The notes beneath the pieces were generated by a model. The model did not search any database. It was given only the letters and a program-made list of their open reading frames with translations, and was not told where the DNA came from. DNA of 64,000 nucleotides. It comes from Octopus sinensis (taxonomy: Eukaryota). The DNA is taken from NCBI RefSeq assembly GCF_006345805.1, contig NC_042998.1, positions 205,530,001-205,594,000 of the forward strand. The letters are read 5' to 3'. Positions 48,035 through 62,342 of the stretch are shown piece by piece (the first letter of the stretch is position 1; every line of letters starts with the position of its first letter). Made by a program: the position numbers and the translations under genes.

Positions 48035-48830
48035 TACAATACAGGTGACCAAACCATAACCCATACAGCCACATATTTTAAACATCCCAGCAGTGTTTCC
48101 TGATGGGCTGGGGGCTTTCCCTGTCTTCATATCCCTAATTGCTTTATCTCCCTGGGTACTGTTGATTTGGATAGCTGGTCCCTCAATTGGGTCAGCCTTT
48201 GGCAGATTCTCCTCCTCCCATTCATTCTCCACATTCAGCAGTCTTTCATAATGGCATCTCCAAGTCTCTTTCTTTGCAGAATCATTAAATGCAAGTGCAC
48301 CATCATCCATGTGGACACATTTCTCTCTTATGACATCACAATTTTCTCTCACACAATGTCGAGGCAAACTTCTTCTTTTCTGCTTCTTCATTGGCTAGAT
48401 ATACATGTCTCCTAGTTTCCCTTCTGGCTATCTGCTACAGTTCCCTGCTACTCCAACTTTTCTACTCCCTCCAGGCCCAGTTCTTTGCTCTAATGGCCCT
48501 GTCTACCACATCATTCCACCACCACGTTACCCTAGGTCAGGTTGGGACTTCGCACCACCCACAGACTTGTTATGTGGCACTCAGCAAGCTGTCTCACAGG
48601 AATTCCCAGTTACCCTCTATGTCACAAGTTTGTAGCACCTCCTCCCTCTCATCAAATTTCTCTATTAGGATGACCCCAAATCTCTGAGCACACGAAGGGT
48701 CTTTAAGATTCCAAATCCTTCTTTCCCAGATTAGTCTTCTTCTTGGCATCCTTCTCGCCTGCAGTCTAAAATCACTAATGACTAGAGTCTATCCTGGAAG
48801 ATACATCCTTCACCAGGGAGAGTCTTTGTA
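48035..48830 (-). mobile_element. Internal RTE LINE fragment (APE-RT linker)
   Basis: VRENCDVIREKCV...WRCHYERLLNVENEW...MKTGKAPSPSG, homologous to 21190-22170. Confidence 0.85.
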
Positions 48831-51329
48831 ATGTGTGTGTGTGTTCCAATCACAAAAGCAGGCATTAACACCACACCATCAGACATGAATGTGGCAGCTT
48901 AAACCACCGCTCCCCCCACCTCCTGCATGAAATCAATATCTTTCAACTTTTACTTATTTCAGTCATGAAACTGTGGCCATGCTGGGGCACAGCCTTGAAG
49001 AATTTCGGTCAAACTGACTCCCGTACTTATTAATTTTTTTTTTTTGTTAAAGCCTAGTACTTATTATATCAGTCTCTTTCACTGAGCCACTAAGTCACGG
49101 GAATGTAAACAAACCAACACCAGTAATCAAGTGGTGGTGGGGACAAACACAGACATGAAGATATATATAAATCTGTTTGTCTGTCTATGTATGCAAAAGG
49201 ATTCTTTCAGTTTCTGTCTACCAAATCTATTCACAATGCTTTGGTTAACCCAAGCTTATAGTAGAAGACACTTACCCAAGATGCCATGCAGTAGGACTGA
49301 ACCCAGAACCATGTGGCTGAAAGCAAACTCCTTACCACACAGCCATACCTGTGCCTAAATACAAATAATTGTTTGTAATTGACGTAGAGTTTTGAGGGTT
49401 AGGAATTAATGGACACCACTGAATCCAATACTTGGTTGGTCCTTTAATTTATTGACTCCAGAAGGATATATAGCAAAGTTTACCTTGGTGGAATTTGCAC
49501 TTAGACTGTCAAGAACCAAAACAAATCCTGAAAAAGCCTGTCTCCCAGTGCTCTACCGACTCTGGCAGTTTGCTGATGTGTAATTAATACCAAAAATACA
49601 AGCAAAAATACTCCTCTATTTCAGAGCCAAATAAATACGCCGGTGGCCCATAAAAGCACCCACTACACTCTCTGAGTGGTTGGCGTTAGGAAGGGCATCC
49701 AGCTGTAGAAACTCTGCCAGATCAAGATTGGAGCCTGGTGCAGCCATCTGGTTCACCTGTACCCGATGCTTTTCACATGGCACCAGCACCACTGCTTTTT
49801 ACATGGCACCAGCACTGGGGCTTTTTATGGGGCCACAGCATTACTACTTTTTACATGGCTCCAAAACAAAAAGAAAAACACCAGTGATGGTACCACATAA
49901 AAAATGTAATTCACTTTAACGCAACATGTTTTAGAGAGAATGAAAATTCATTAACCATTATGAGGTCAGCAGGTTCTTTTTTATACCTTAATATTCAAGT
50001 TATGTAAAAAAACAACAACTTTACAAGTGAGTGATCAATAGTCATGGTGTAGAAATTGTGGAATATGTTTAAAACACATTTAAGCTCAATAAACAAAGCA
50101 ATACTGTCTCTGCAGATAATGTTTGACTGTTTGAAGCTACAGTATGGGCTGTGTTACTGCATAGGGGGTCTCATAGCATCAGCTGTCTTTATTTTTTAGG
50201 TACCTTTGTATGTTAACTTATGCTTTACTGTCCTCTAATTGCCCTGTTTTAGAATTAACAACAGCTTAACTTCAATGTGATTAAAATATTACCAATATCA
50301 TAAATTATTCATTAGTTAGTTTTATAGTAAATTGATTCCTATTTTGATCTTTCAATGCATTTTTACGCCCCCCCCCCCATAAACAAGCAGAAAGTTGCTG
50401 TGCAGTCGACTCGTCCACCTTATTTACTTACTCAACAGCTGCACACAAGCATTTCCCCAATTATTTTGTTTCCTGTTGCCAGCTGCTTTGCAAACCTTGT
50501 TTCGGCTCAACACCAGCCATTGGTTTATTATTTTAAACCTTACCTACAGTGCTCCCTTAATTAGGTCACTCAGCTGATCGACATAAAACTTCTTTATGAG
50601 AGACAGTCACACAACAACAACATTAAAAACCACATGCACTTTTAATTATTCTAATCAGACCCCATCTAATTATCAGTCCATAAGGTTGGTATATGCTGCA
50701 ATCTAAACAGTTAACCAAACAAATATCTGGGCAAGGGCTAGTGTTTACCCATTTATTGGATTGCACTTAAGGGGAGTTTTATGCTGAAGCGACGGGTCAG
50801 AAAGCCTCCAGATTAATTCTGGAGTGAAAGTGACTGAAACCTGTAGCTTTTTCAAACAAATCTTTATTGATTTGTGATATTGATTCCTTTGATGAAGAGA
50901 AAGCAAACTTGGGGTGGGGGTGGGGGGAGAGGTTGTTTAACAGTTTTGGGTGGAAAGGGTTTCACAGATTGTTTTGTGCATGTTTTCAGGGGTTAAAATA
51001 CAATATAGGGGGTGACAAGAGAGTGGAGTGTAGATGGGGGTGGGGTGGATTTGCTCGATGATATGCGTGTATATCTGTGTAAGGATGTGTGTGATGATGA
51101 TGATCATCATCATTATCCTTTAACATCCGTTTTCCATGCTGGCATGGGTTGGATGGTTTGACTGAGAACTGGGAAGCTGCACCAGGTTCCAGGCTGTTTT
51201 GGCTTGGTTTCTACAGCTGGATGCCCTTCCTAATGCCAAACACTTTACACTTTATTGTGTTGGATGCTTTTAATGTGGTACCAGCACGACAAGCTGTTCC
51301 TGCTGTAAGATGCATAAGATATGATAAGA

Positions 51330-51720
51330 ATAGGATGGGAAGATTGTATGATGTACATGTATGAGCTGTGATGCTGCATGGTAGTGAGAAATGGGCCCTG
51401 AATGTGGAGGACATGCAAAGGCTGGAATGAAGTTGGTATGCTCCACTGGATGTGCAATGTCAGTGTGAATGTGCAACTGAGCATTGGTGTATTGAGGGGA
51501 AAGCTGGGCATAAGAGGGATTAGATGCTGTGTGCAAGAGAGGAGACTGTGCTGGTTTGGTCATGTGGATGGATGAAGACAGTTGCATAGAGAAGTGGCAA
51601 TCATTTGAAGTGGAGGGAAGTTGTGGAAGAAGGAAACCCAGGAAGACATGGGACAAAGTATTGAAGACTGATCTGGAAACCTTATGAAGGAGATGACAGA
51701 GGAGCCAGGGACATGTTGCA
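51330..51720 (+). mobile_element. Decayed RTE LINE ORF C-terminal fragment
   Basis: GRLYDVHV..VMLHGSEKWAL...RRLCWFGHV...RKPRKTWDKV with frameshifts. Confidence 0.8.
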
Positions 51721-52114
51721 TTGTTGCACTCAACCCACCCACCGCAACAGAATTGAGATCCTAAAATCAAGGTACCATGTGAAAAGCACCCAGTACACTC
51801 TGTAGAATGGTTGTTGTTAGGAAGGGCATCCAGCTGTAGAAACTGAGCCAAAACAGATAAATGGAACCTGGTGCAGCCCCTGGCCTTGCCAGTTTCTGTT
51901 ATGCTGTCCAGCACATGGCAGCATAGAAAATGGATGTTAGATAATAATGATGGTGATGGTGGTGGTCATTTAACGTCCGCTCTCCAAACCGGATTGGATT
52001 AGAAGGTTTGACTGGAGCTGATGAATTAGAGAGCTGCACCAGGTTCCAGTCTCATTTGGCTTGGTTTCTACAGCTACTTCAGGAGTGTAATGGGCGCTTT
52101 TACATGCTACCGGC

Positions 52115-52430
52115 ATGGGTGCCATTTGTATGACACCAGTAATGACAATGACTATGATTCATGGATGGGTGCCATTTACATGGAACCAGCAACGACCACG
52201 ATGTATGGGTGCCATTTGCATGGTACTGGCAATGACCCCGACTCATGGGTGCCATTTACATGGAACCAGCAACGACCACGATGTATGGGTGCCATTTGCA
52301 TGGTACTGGCAATGACCCCGACTCATGGGTGCCATTTGCATGGTACTGGCAATGACCCCGACTCATGGGTGCCATTTACATGGTACTGGCAATGACCCCG
52401 ACTCATGGGTGCCATTTGCATGACACTGGC
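52115..52430. repeat. 40-bp minisatellite, about 7-8 units
   Basis: atgggtgccattt recurs at 52165, 52205, 52245, 52285, 52325, 52365 and 52405, with two unit types. Confidence 0.9.
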
Positions 52431-53159
52431 ACAGTCACAACTACACTTTCACTTGACCTGACGAGTCTTCTCACACACAGCATATCACCAGAGCTCTCAG
52501 TCACTTTTCATCATCTCTGTGAGGACCAACAGTCAAAGATCATGCTTCGCCACCTTATCCCATATCTTCTTGGGTCGACCACTTCTACAGGTTTCTACCT
52601 CTTCCAATCATCATCATCATCATCGTTTAACGTCCGTTCTCCATGCTAGCATGGGTTGGACGGTTCGACCAGGGATCTGGGAAGCCAGAAGGCTCCGGTC
52701 TTATCTGGCAATGTTTCTACAGCTGGATGCCCTTCCTAACGCCAACCACTCCATGAGTGTAGTGGGTGCTTTTTACGTGCCACCTGCACAGGTGCCAGGC
52801 GAGGCTGGCAACGGCCACAGTCGGATTGGTGTATTTTACGTGCCACCAGCATGGAAGCCAGTCGAGGCGGCGCTGGCATCGGCCACGAGTCGGATAGTGC
52901 TTTTTACGTACTACCAGACCAGGGATCCGGGCTGGTTCAATTTGATTCCGATTTCGATTTCGCTTGCCCCAACATGTCTTCGCAAGCAACACAAACACAC
53001 ACCAACACATATGTAGGTCAACCAGGTTTTGCAAAAGCCCTGTTACATTTGGTTTTGATCTTTTGAGTGGTTATCTCGTGTGATAGAAAAAGTGCTGTCA
53101 AACAATAAGTTCTACTTTTCCAGCACATGTTGTTAAAATGTCTTTTCCATTATGCGCAG

Positions 53160-53900
53160 TTGTACCAAGATGGAAGCAAAAAGAATTGAGATCTCTGCTC
53201 CCCTGTGTAGAGGCCACAACATGTTCAACATAGCTAAGTGGCTCAACATCAGCTGGATGACTGTCCACAGGGTCACAGAGGGGTTTAACAATGGGATAAG
53301 GACTCAAAGATCAACCTCAATCTGGCTGTGAGAAAAGCTTTCAAAAGTGATCCAAAGCTCAAAATGACTATACTCAGGAAGAACAACATCTCAGTGGCTT
53401 CCAGTGTCCAGGGCCATCAAGGAGGAGGTCAGCAAGAGCTTGAGGTTGAGAGAGCTGTCGTCACCTTCTCAATGATTAGAAGTGTCATGGCAACTGAATT
53501 CTCACTTTTTCTGATGAAAAGACCTTCATGGTCAATCCAGTCATCAATAAGCAGAACAACTGCATGATCAGCTTTGGCCAGGATGTCTCCGAGTTCTGTT
53601 CCATGTCCACAGCCAAGCACCTGGCCTCCATGATGATGCTCAGCATTGTGGCTTTGAACAGCAAGAAGATACCACCAGTGTGGATCGCAGATGGTTACAG
53701 GCTCACTGGAGCCGACTACAGGGACATCTTGGCCACAAAAGTCCTGCTCTGGGTGAGAAAGACCACAAAGAAAGTAGCTTTCAGCAGGATGGTGCCCTGG
53801 CCCACACAGCCAAGGCTGTGCAAGAGTGGTTGGTGGTGAAACATGAACTTCTGGTCAAAGGACTTTTGTCTACTACTGTCATCTGACCTCAACCACATTT
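53160..53900 (+). pseudogene. Tc1/mariner (maT/DD37D-like) transposase relic
   Basis: FSDEK, KHLASMMML, YRDIL..KVL.WV, FQQDGALAHTAKAVQEWL, NFWSKDF...SSDLN over broken frames. Confidence 0.7.
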
Positions 53901-55499
53901 TGCGGTCAAGGCTGGTATATATGCTACATGAGCATCCCATTTCTCCTGTCAGCCTTCCTTTTTGGCTTGACCTCTGACCTGTTCAATCATGCTTCTCTCT
54001 AACTCTCACCTTCGTATTTACCTTTTTTTCCACTTCTCTCTTTCTTTCTGTCTTTACATCTCTCTCCATTCGTTTTCAAGTTCTAGAGGACATCATTTTC
54101 CATTAGCATTACTTCTACACATTTTGTTGTTGTCTCACAGCTATAAAGTCTTTATTTTTTATGTGTATTTATATTTGTACCAACCACCTGTTGGTTGCCT
54201 CAGACTGGAGCCTGGTGCAACCTTCCAGCTTGCTATCCCTGGTCAAATCATCCAACCCATGCCAGCATGGACAACAGACGTTAAATGATGATGATGATGA
54301 TGATTACCTGTGTCGTGTTTGTTTTTTTTCGTCACTGTCTGTTATATTCACACATTTACTCCCAGCAGCTTTTTGCTGTTGACATTATCAAAATGAACAA
54401 TGTTATTGTTAAAGGTGTGAAACTGTTAGGATTTTTGGGATGATAACTGATGAGAGAAGAGCTTGTTCAGTCTTGTGTAAATTTTCCAATTTACAAAAAT
54501 ACCTTGTTGATGTGGATGGAATTCCATTGAAGGAGCTTTGGATCTAGGTTAGAAACCGGCTCTTTCGCTATTGGTAAGAGATCTTAAAATAAAACTGAAT
54601 AATGACATACATACTTACATTGTGAAAGCTTATGGCTTATTGGTTAGGCTTGTGGTCCTCGCAATCATGAGTTCATACTTTCAAGTTTCCAACTGGCTGT
54701 ATGTTGTGTTCTTGATCAAAAAATATTGATTCTCGTTGCTCCAATCCCCTCCAGTAAATGGGTAACCATGCAATGGACTACTCTTCTGACCAGGGGGTAA
54801 TGTTCGCCTGCTCACCTGGCCAGTGGAGTGGCATCATTCATGTTTCTTTATTGCCCACAAGGGGATAAACATAGAGAGGACAAACAAGGACAGACAAAGG
54901 GATTAAGCCGATTACATCGACCCCAGGGCGTAACTGGTACTTAATTTATCGACCCCAAAAGGATGAGAGGCAAAGTCGACCTCGGCAGAATTTGAACCCA
55001 GAACGTAGCGGCAGACGAAATACCGCAAAGTATTTTGCCTGGCGTGCTAACGTATCTGCCAGTTCACCGCCTTGGAGTGGCATCATTCAATTACGCAAAA
55101 GTGCATTGTATAACATTATCCAATAGTCCAGTTGATCACGTGATATATATACAAATATGCATGTAAAAAACATCTGAAATTGTATGTTAACATATTTAAA
55201 TGTATAAAATTCTACTTAGAAGTTTATACAATTTAGAGATGTACAGCTAAACCGATGTTTCTACCCGATATTCAGCAAACTAAACAATCTGTCAGTAACT
55301 TCAGTGAAATTTAGCCATAATAAAAGTCCCCTAGCAACAACTATTTTTGGTGGGTATGTCAGGGAGATGGACAAGCAAAGATGGTGACTGTCTCTTATTT
55401 GATCGGTCAGTGGTTGTTTGCTTTCTTGCTTCCAACGCTTGATGGGGGTGGGGTCATCCCAGGTCAGTGGTCCAAGTGACATCATCATGTGTGGAGCTG

Positions 55500-56150
55500 A
55501 CCAGATCTACCAGTGCTCTCTATCGCTGGTGGTCCCATGCCAGGCACTCTGCATCCTCCAAGGTGATGTTGAGCCTATGGAGATCTTCCTTAATCGTGCC
55601 CAGCCATCTGGTGCAGAGCCTATCATGAGGTCTCTTCCAGCCTATAGCAGCTGCATTGAATGAGAGATCATCCTGGGAGGATGATCTAAAGGGAGATGGA
55701 GGAGATGTCTGTACCAGTGCATCAGATGGATGAGGTGGGAGGTGGGAGGCTGTGGGATGATGCACTTTGCTGGAAATATGAGGGTACCATCTGATGTTGT
55801 TGATGGTTCTCAGGGTTCTGCTTTTGCAGCTGCCAATCCTCTCTGCCAGGGTCTTTGAGAGGGGTCATGTTCCTGCACCATAGAGGAGAACGGAGAGGAT
55901 AGATGCATTGTAGATGCAGAGTTTTGTCTTTCATGAGATTGAGTAGTGGCACAAGGGGAGCTTCCATAGGGAGTACATGATCCCTGGCAACCAGACCAGA
56001 TCTGCAGTGGATCTCTAGGGTCAAGTCTTCATTGTTGGTGATTGTGGAGCCCAGGTTGATGAAGGAGTTAACAAGCTCCATGACACTGAAGCCAATATGG
56101 AGAAGGAGAGGATCCAGGTCATCTCTGACCGACATCAGCTTGGTCTTTGT
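55500..56150 (-). mobile_element. Decayed RTE-like LINE fragment of a different family
   Basis: ELVNSFINLGSTI, KLCIY..SI.SVLLYGA, WKRP..R..TRWL.TI.EDL......DA..LAWD..RW. Confidence 0.65.
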
Positions 56151-56646
56151 TCTTTGTCCAACTCACCGGAAAGCTAAGCTTTACTGATTCTTCTCTGTAA
56201 ATGGACAGTATGTCCCCTGAGCTGGTCAATCGATCACCGAATGTTGATAATATCTTCATTTCCACCACTGAATGGCTCCTTGGGGATAATTGATGGATTC
56301 AATTTTGTTATCAGGACGAAGGGGAACATGAGCTGTGATACAAAGTGAAACCCTGATTCTCACATAGTCTAAAAACCTTTTCACTTTGCCACATCTTAAC
56401 TTGCTATTGCTGCTGCTGCTACTGCGACTCCTACCACCACTGCTGCTGCTGCTGTTGTTGTTGTTAAGCAACAAGATAGTTTAGGGCTTAGGTGCAGGAG
56501 ACCCCAGACCTTGGGGGAAAAAAAAACTTTGGTCTTCTTGTTGTAGTCGAGGGCTTTTTGTTGACGCCCAACACCACTGGGAGGTGGCCCCCGAAGTCTC
56601 TGGAAATGGAGATCTCCAGGTCCAAATTCTTGGACGGCTGCTACTG

Positions 56647-56679
<33 letters not shown>

Positions 56680-57684
56680 AGAAATGTTAAATTTTTCTTT
56701 TGGGATTCGACATGGATCAAGTTCAGTCTCCAGTAGCAGTAATGTTTACACTCAACCACCCAAGGCCTCTGACAGAAACTTGTTAAGGTAGAACAACTCA
56801 GATTTTGGCCCCTGAAAAGAGGAATCCCTTCATCATTCAAGAAACTGGGAAGATATTTAGTCTCTGGAAACAGACTGGACCTGACTGAATGACTGGTTGT
56901 ACACAGCTTTCGCAGTCTCTTCATAATAGCACCACCACCACTACCACCACCATCACTACTGTACTAGTTAAAAGAAGAATAAAACAAACTATTAAACGTT
57001 ATTCTTTTTATTCAAGTGTGGTAAGAAGTTTGCTTTGCAATCACATGCTTTCGGCTACAAGTGTCTTCTATTACAGCCTTGAGTTGACCAAAAGCCTTCA
57101 GAGCAGATTTGGCAGATCGAAGCCGAAAGCAGCCTAGTATGTGTGTGTCTGTGTTTGTCTTACCCCACACCCCCACTGCTTGACAACTGGTGCTGGTGTG
57201 TTTACAACCCCATAACTTAGCAGTTTGGCAAAAGAAACTGATGGAATAAGTGCCAGGCTGAAAAACAAAAATTAAATACTAGGGTTGATTCATTCCTCAA
57301 GGCGGTGCCCCAGCATGGCCACACCCAAGTAAAAGATAAAAAGATGAATAATAAATTATAATTTCTTTCAGAAACATAACATTTAACTGTTTAATAAACA
57401 TACTTACAATTAGTGTAATTAAATTTAATGAATATTTAATTAGTTGTGAAAGTCTTGTTTTTAAGAATTTGAATGAAACCACAAAAGATTTTAGAAGAAA
57501 AAAATTAGCAAATAAAAATATAATCTGAAAGAAAGACGAAAATGAAGTTGCATTGAGTGTTGTATCAATACTGATCAATTTACAAGGTTAAATATGATTG
57601 ACTTTGAGGAGAGACGAGATTGTAGAATGCTTGTTGGGCTTTTAGGGATATAACAAAACTAATGACTGGCTGGGAGCTGGCTTC

Positions 57685-57865
57685 TCACTCTTCTTCTTTC
57701 TCCCCCTCTCTCTCTTCTTCTTTCTACCTCTCTCTTTCTTCTTTCTACCTCTCTCTTTCTTCTTCTTTCTCCCTCTCTCTCTTCTTTTTTCTCCCTCTCT
57801 CTTTCTTCTTCTTTCTCCCTCTCTCTCTCTTCTTTCTCCCTCTCTCTCTCTTCTCTTTTTCCCTT
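57685..57865. repeat. Polypyrimidine tandem repeat (about 20-bp TCTTCTTTCTCCCTCTCTCT units)
   Basis: Directly visible. A roughly 78-bp CT-rich tandem duplication also occurs at 59712-59895. Confidence 0.85.
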
Positions 57866-59708
57866 GCCTCTTCTCTCTCCATCTCACTCTTGCTGTCTTG
57901 GTCCTAATTAGCCATATTTTAATTATATATAAATCTATGATTAATTGCTGTCAATAACTTCAACAACCCAAATTTCACAAACAAACGTCCATTAGGTGTT
58001 AACTGGGTTCGGATGCCCTGTACTCCTTATTTTCCACAAGTTCCACAGACACAACTGTTGTCCTCTGTTGCTAGTTCAGTTTTCTCCTAACAGAAATCCT
58101 GAGTAATTGAGGTCACGCCCACCCCTAATGTGGCAGGGAAACCCACCTTCACTCGTTTGTGTCATTGCGACATGTTACTGTCACCCTGACAATAGAAACT
58201 AATGAAGGACAACTATTACCATCTAATAATTTTAGTTGCTACAGAGGGGGAAGGGGGTTAACACTGCACACCCTATTTATATGAGGAAGGGGAGAGAACT
58301 GGACCTAATTCAGGGCAGTGGAAGATATTGCTGCAATCCCTTAACCCCCCCCCCCCCTCCTTAAACACGGAACCTGGCAGTTAACAACTTTAAACAAGAT
58401 TTCTTTAGATTTGACTTTGATTCTCCCACAAAACAATGGATTCTAAATTGTTTCTCATTTGAAATAACTAAATCTGTTGTTAGTGCAGGTGCGGCTGTGT
58501 GGTAAGATGCTTGCTTCCCAACCACATGGTTTCAGGTTCGGTCCCACTGCATGGCACCTTGGGCAAGTGTCTTCTGCTATTGCCTTAGGCCAACCAAAGC
58601 CTTGTGAGTAGATTTGATAAATGGAAACTGAAAGAAGCCTGCTATGTATGTGTGTGCAGGTATGTGTGTGCGTGTGTGTGTGCAGGTGTGTGTGTGTGTG
58701 CATGCATGTGTGTGTGTGTGTCTTTGAATCTGTGTCACCCTCCCTCCTGCTTGATAACCTGTGTTCGTCTGTTCATGACCCCGTAACTTAGTGTTTTGGC
58801 AAAAGAGACCCAATAGAACAAATACCAGGGTTTTAAAAAAAAGTTCTGGGGTCGATTCCTTTGAGTAAAAATTCTTGTGCCCCAGCATGGCCGCAGTTTA
58901 ATGGCTGAAAGAAGAAAAATATAAAGATATCGATCATAACATTGTCTCTATTGATTTACTTTGATCTTTGAGAAATTTATTTAGCATAAACTCGTTAAAA
59001 TGTTCAGACTTAATTATTATTTACTGTTTGTTTACTTCTTTCTTCCTCACCAAAATTTGGTTTCTTAATTTTTAAACAGACCCAAGTTTTGATGTCTGGG
59101 ACTTTGAACTGGTTGATTCTCTGTAGAATGAAGAAGAGAAGAGATTTATAAATAACAACTGTAAGATACCAGTAATATGATGAGGTTTGCTTTTAAGTTA
59201 TTTCTTTCTTGTTTATTGTTTTCATATTTTGTTGGTTTATTCATCAAACAAACCCCAGAATTCGTAATTATTTTAGGGTTTTTAACATGTTTTTTAAAAA
59301 TTTTATATTTATTTAAATGTTTAGGATGAGAGAGGCCTTATCTGACCAGTTTGAACATAAAACAGGCAGAATATTTTGGCCGATTATGGCCAGATTAAAT
59401 GCTAAACAGTTAAAGAATGTTTAGAAAACCCAGAATAAGTAGAGAAAAGAAAGATGCGGCATCTGGTTGTGATGATAATCAAGTGAAGGGGTCATTCTAA
59501 ATAATTTGATGGCAGAGTTTGCGGATCAAAAACATGACCTCTGCAACATAAAGGAGCACATAAACAGAGACAAGTCTTCAGTGTGTGTGTGTGTGAGGAA
59601 GGTAGGAGAAGGGCAGGAGAGAGAGAGAGAGAGACAGACAAATGAAGTTCTTAAAAGTTACACCATTTAAAGATTTCGATATCAACCAATGTAACTAAGG
59701 ACAAATAC

Positions 59709-59740
<32 letters not shown>

Positions 59741-60568
59741 CCCTCATCTGTCTCTTTTCCTCTCTCTCTATCCTTCTTTCTTTTCTCTCACTTTCACTCT
59801 CTCTCTCTCTCTCTCTCTCCCCATCAACTGTCTCTTTTCCTCTCTCTTTATCCTTCTTTCCTTTCTCTCACTTTCACTCTCTCTCTCTCTCCCCCACACA
59901 CACCTTCCACCTCTACAAACTTGTTTCTTGCTCTTTCTAACCTCACTCAGTCTAGCAACATAAGGACCCAGTTTTAAAAGCTGATGTCAATGTGTACGTT
60001 CTTCCTTCTAGGCATTGACAAACAAAATACCAGTAATATACTGGTGGCAGGGGTTGATCTGTATTCCTAGAATATATTTTCAATGAGAATGAAATTATAA
60101 GAGAAATAGTAGGGGGAGAGAAATCCCTGTTTTTTTTTGTTTTTTTTTTTTGTTTCCTGTAGATTTTATTTCTGGCTGTGTCACAGTGACTGGAAGGAAA
60201 TAATGACTGCTGCAGTTTCACCAACATCACTAGGTGCACTTTTAATAAGACATACATAGCTTGGTCCACGGGAAGGGAGGCACTGCCCCCTTTCCCCCGC
60301 AATGTCTTTAGGTCTCATGGCTCAGTTTATCTTTTTACTTTTTGTTTGTGATATTCAAGTAAAGCAGGGTTCTATAGAAATATGCTGTCACTATTGAAGC
60401 AATAACAAGGGCCAGCAGCTCCTTTGAGAAGTGAGTTTCATTTTAGCTAATCCTTTTATTTCTACTGTGTGCATCCCTAATCACGGTTGACACAATGTCA
60501 GCTACCTTTGTTTACAGGAGCTAATGTCATTGCAACTACATCACATACAACTACTACCACCGCAGCTG

Positions 60569-60599
<31 letters not shown>

Positions 60600-61172
60600 A
60601 ACTGTTGTTATTCTCATGAAGACAGTTCTGCATGCATGGTGTGTGTGTGTGTGTGTGACACTGAGAATCTATAAATTTACAATCCTAATTAATCATAAGA
60701 GTTTCTGATTTAGGTAAGGTGAGCAATTTAAAGTGGAGATGGTCAGTCAATAGGATCAGTCCCAGTATTTTACTGATATTTTATTTTATCAACCCTGAAA
60801 AAAATCCGAAGGCAAAGTTGACCATGGCAGGGTTTGAACTCAGAATGTAAAGGGTTGGATAAATACCACAAGGCATTTTTTTTCTGATGCTTCAAAAATT
60901 CTGCCAATTCATCACCCTTACATATGTGCGTATTGGTGTGTGTAGACATGCATCCATGTATAAATGCCTGCATTCATACATACACCAATGTACATACATG
61001 CCTTCATGCATCTATACAAGCATAACATAGGTATAATCGCATAAACACATGATACATGTGTGTGTGTATGCATATATTTATTTATTCAATGGTAACGCAC
61101 ATGTAAGTTACACTTGTAGATACACACACCTTCTAAGTGTTGCTGTGTAATAACTATGAAACTTTTATAATC

Positions 61173-61204
<32 letters not shown>

Positions 61205-61206
<2 letters not shown>

Positions 61207-61780
61207 CAGAGTTGGAACCTACATACACTGGAAGCTATGCCAACATTATGGAATAACAACAGAAAAAAGATGGTATAGGCACACACCAGAAAAGATCACA
61301 GAAAACGAGAAAGCAACCATACTCTGGGATATGCCGATACACACAGATAGAGAAATTAAGGCCACAGACCAGATATAGTTGTCAGAGATCACGAAGAAAA
61401 AAAATGCTTTCTAATTGATGTATCAATACCGGCAGATGACAATGTGTCTCTAAAAGAAATGGAGAAACTCTCAAAATACAAAGACCTAGAAATAGAGGTA
61501 ACCAGAATGTGGAATCTAAAAACAGAAACAATTCCTATCATAGTAAGTGCATTAGGCATGATAAAAAAATATTCAGACAAATGCATAACAAAAACACCAG
61601 GACTTACAAACACATATAACATACAGAAAATTGCACTACTAGGCACTGCACACATCCTATGCAGAACACTTTCAATACAATAACAATCAGAGCATCACAA
61701 CAAATCACAGCACATACCCAAGGCACACAGAGCTGCGCTCGGTAGTGAAGTGAAAGCATGCTATAAAAATAAAACTACTG
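61205..61780 (+). mobile_element. R4/Dong-like RLE LINE 3' fragment flanked by (TAA)n
   Basis: ILWDMPIHTDREIKA/RPDIVVRDHEEKKCFLIDVSIPADDNVSLKEMEKLSKYKDLEIEV...IPIIVSALG...IQKIALLGTAHIL with one frameshift. (TAA)n at 61174-61203 and 61781-61836. Confidence 0.88.
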
Positions 61781-61805
61781 AATAATAATGATAATAATAA
61801 TAATA

Positions 61806-61837
<32 letters not shown>

Positions 61838-61839
<2 letters not shown>

Positions 61840-62342
61840 GATGCAGTACCAGGCAGTGGCTTTCATGGCTTCTGATCTTAACTGATTGGAAGTGTTATCA
61901 TGTACATTGTTTTGTCTTGGTATAAAAGATGGGCTACAGCAAATATTCTGCTCAATACCACAGATTTGCTTGTCAGTTGTTTGACCGTAACCAGTTGAGC
62001 ATGTCCCTTAGTGGCTGACGATATGTGCATCTCTGATCACGAGCAGAAGTAGTGGGGGAGCATCATAGCCATGTGTTGAGTGGAATTCTTAGAGGTTTGG
62101 ATAATTCACCTTTGGAAACATGGGTGGTTCGTTCAACATCCTTAAACAAACCTTATTCAGGGACCTTTTGAGTGAGATGGGCTACTTGACCAGAAGAAAA
62201 TTCTAACTGGGCCCCGCCTGCAAGATCATGCGCTGTTTATCTTGACATGAGATCACCATGTCACGCACATATGGTTGTGATGCATGTGCCTAATGTACCC
62301 TTATCAGACGAGTAGTCATGATGGGTATACTGGACTTCATAT
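61838..62342. mobile_element. Family C element (reverse orientation) abutting (TAA)n
   Basis: Reverse complement of 9590-9789 joined to 10950-11238. Followed by a small CR1 fragment at about 62346-62460. Confidence 0.8.
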
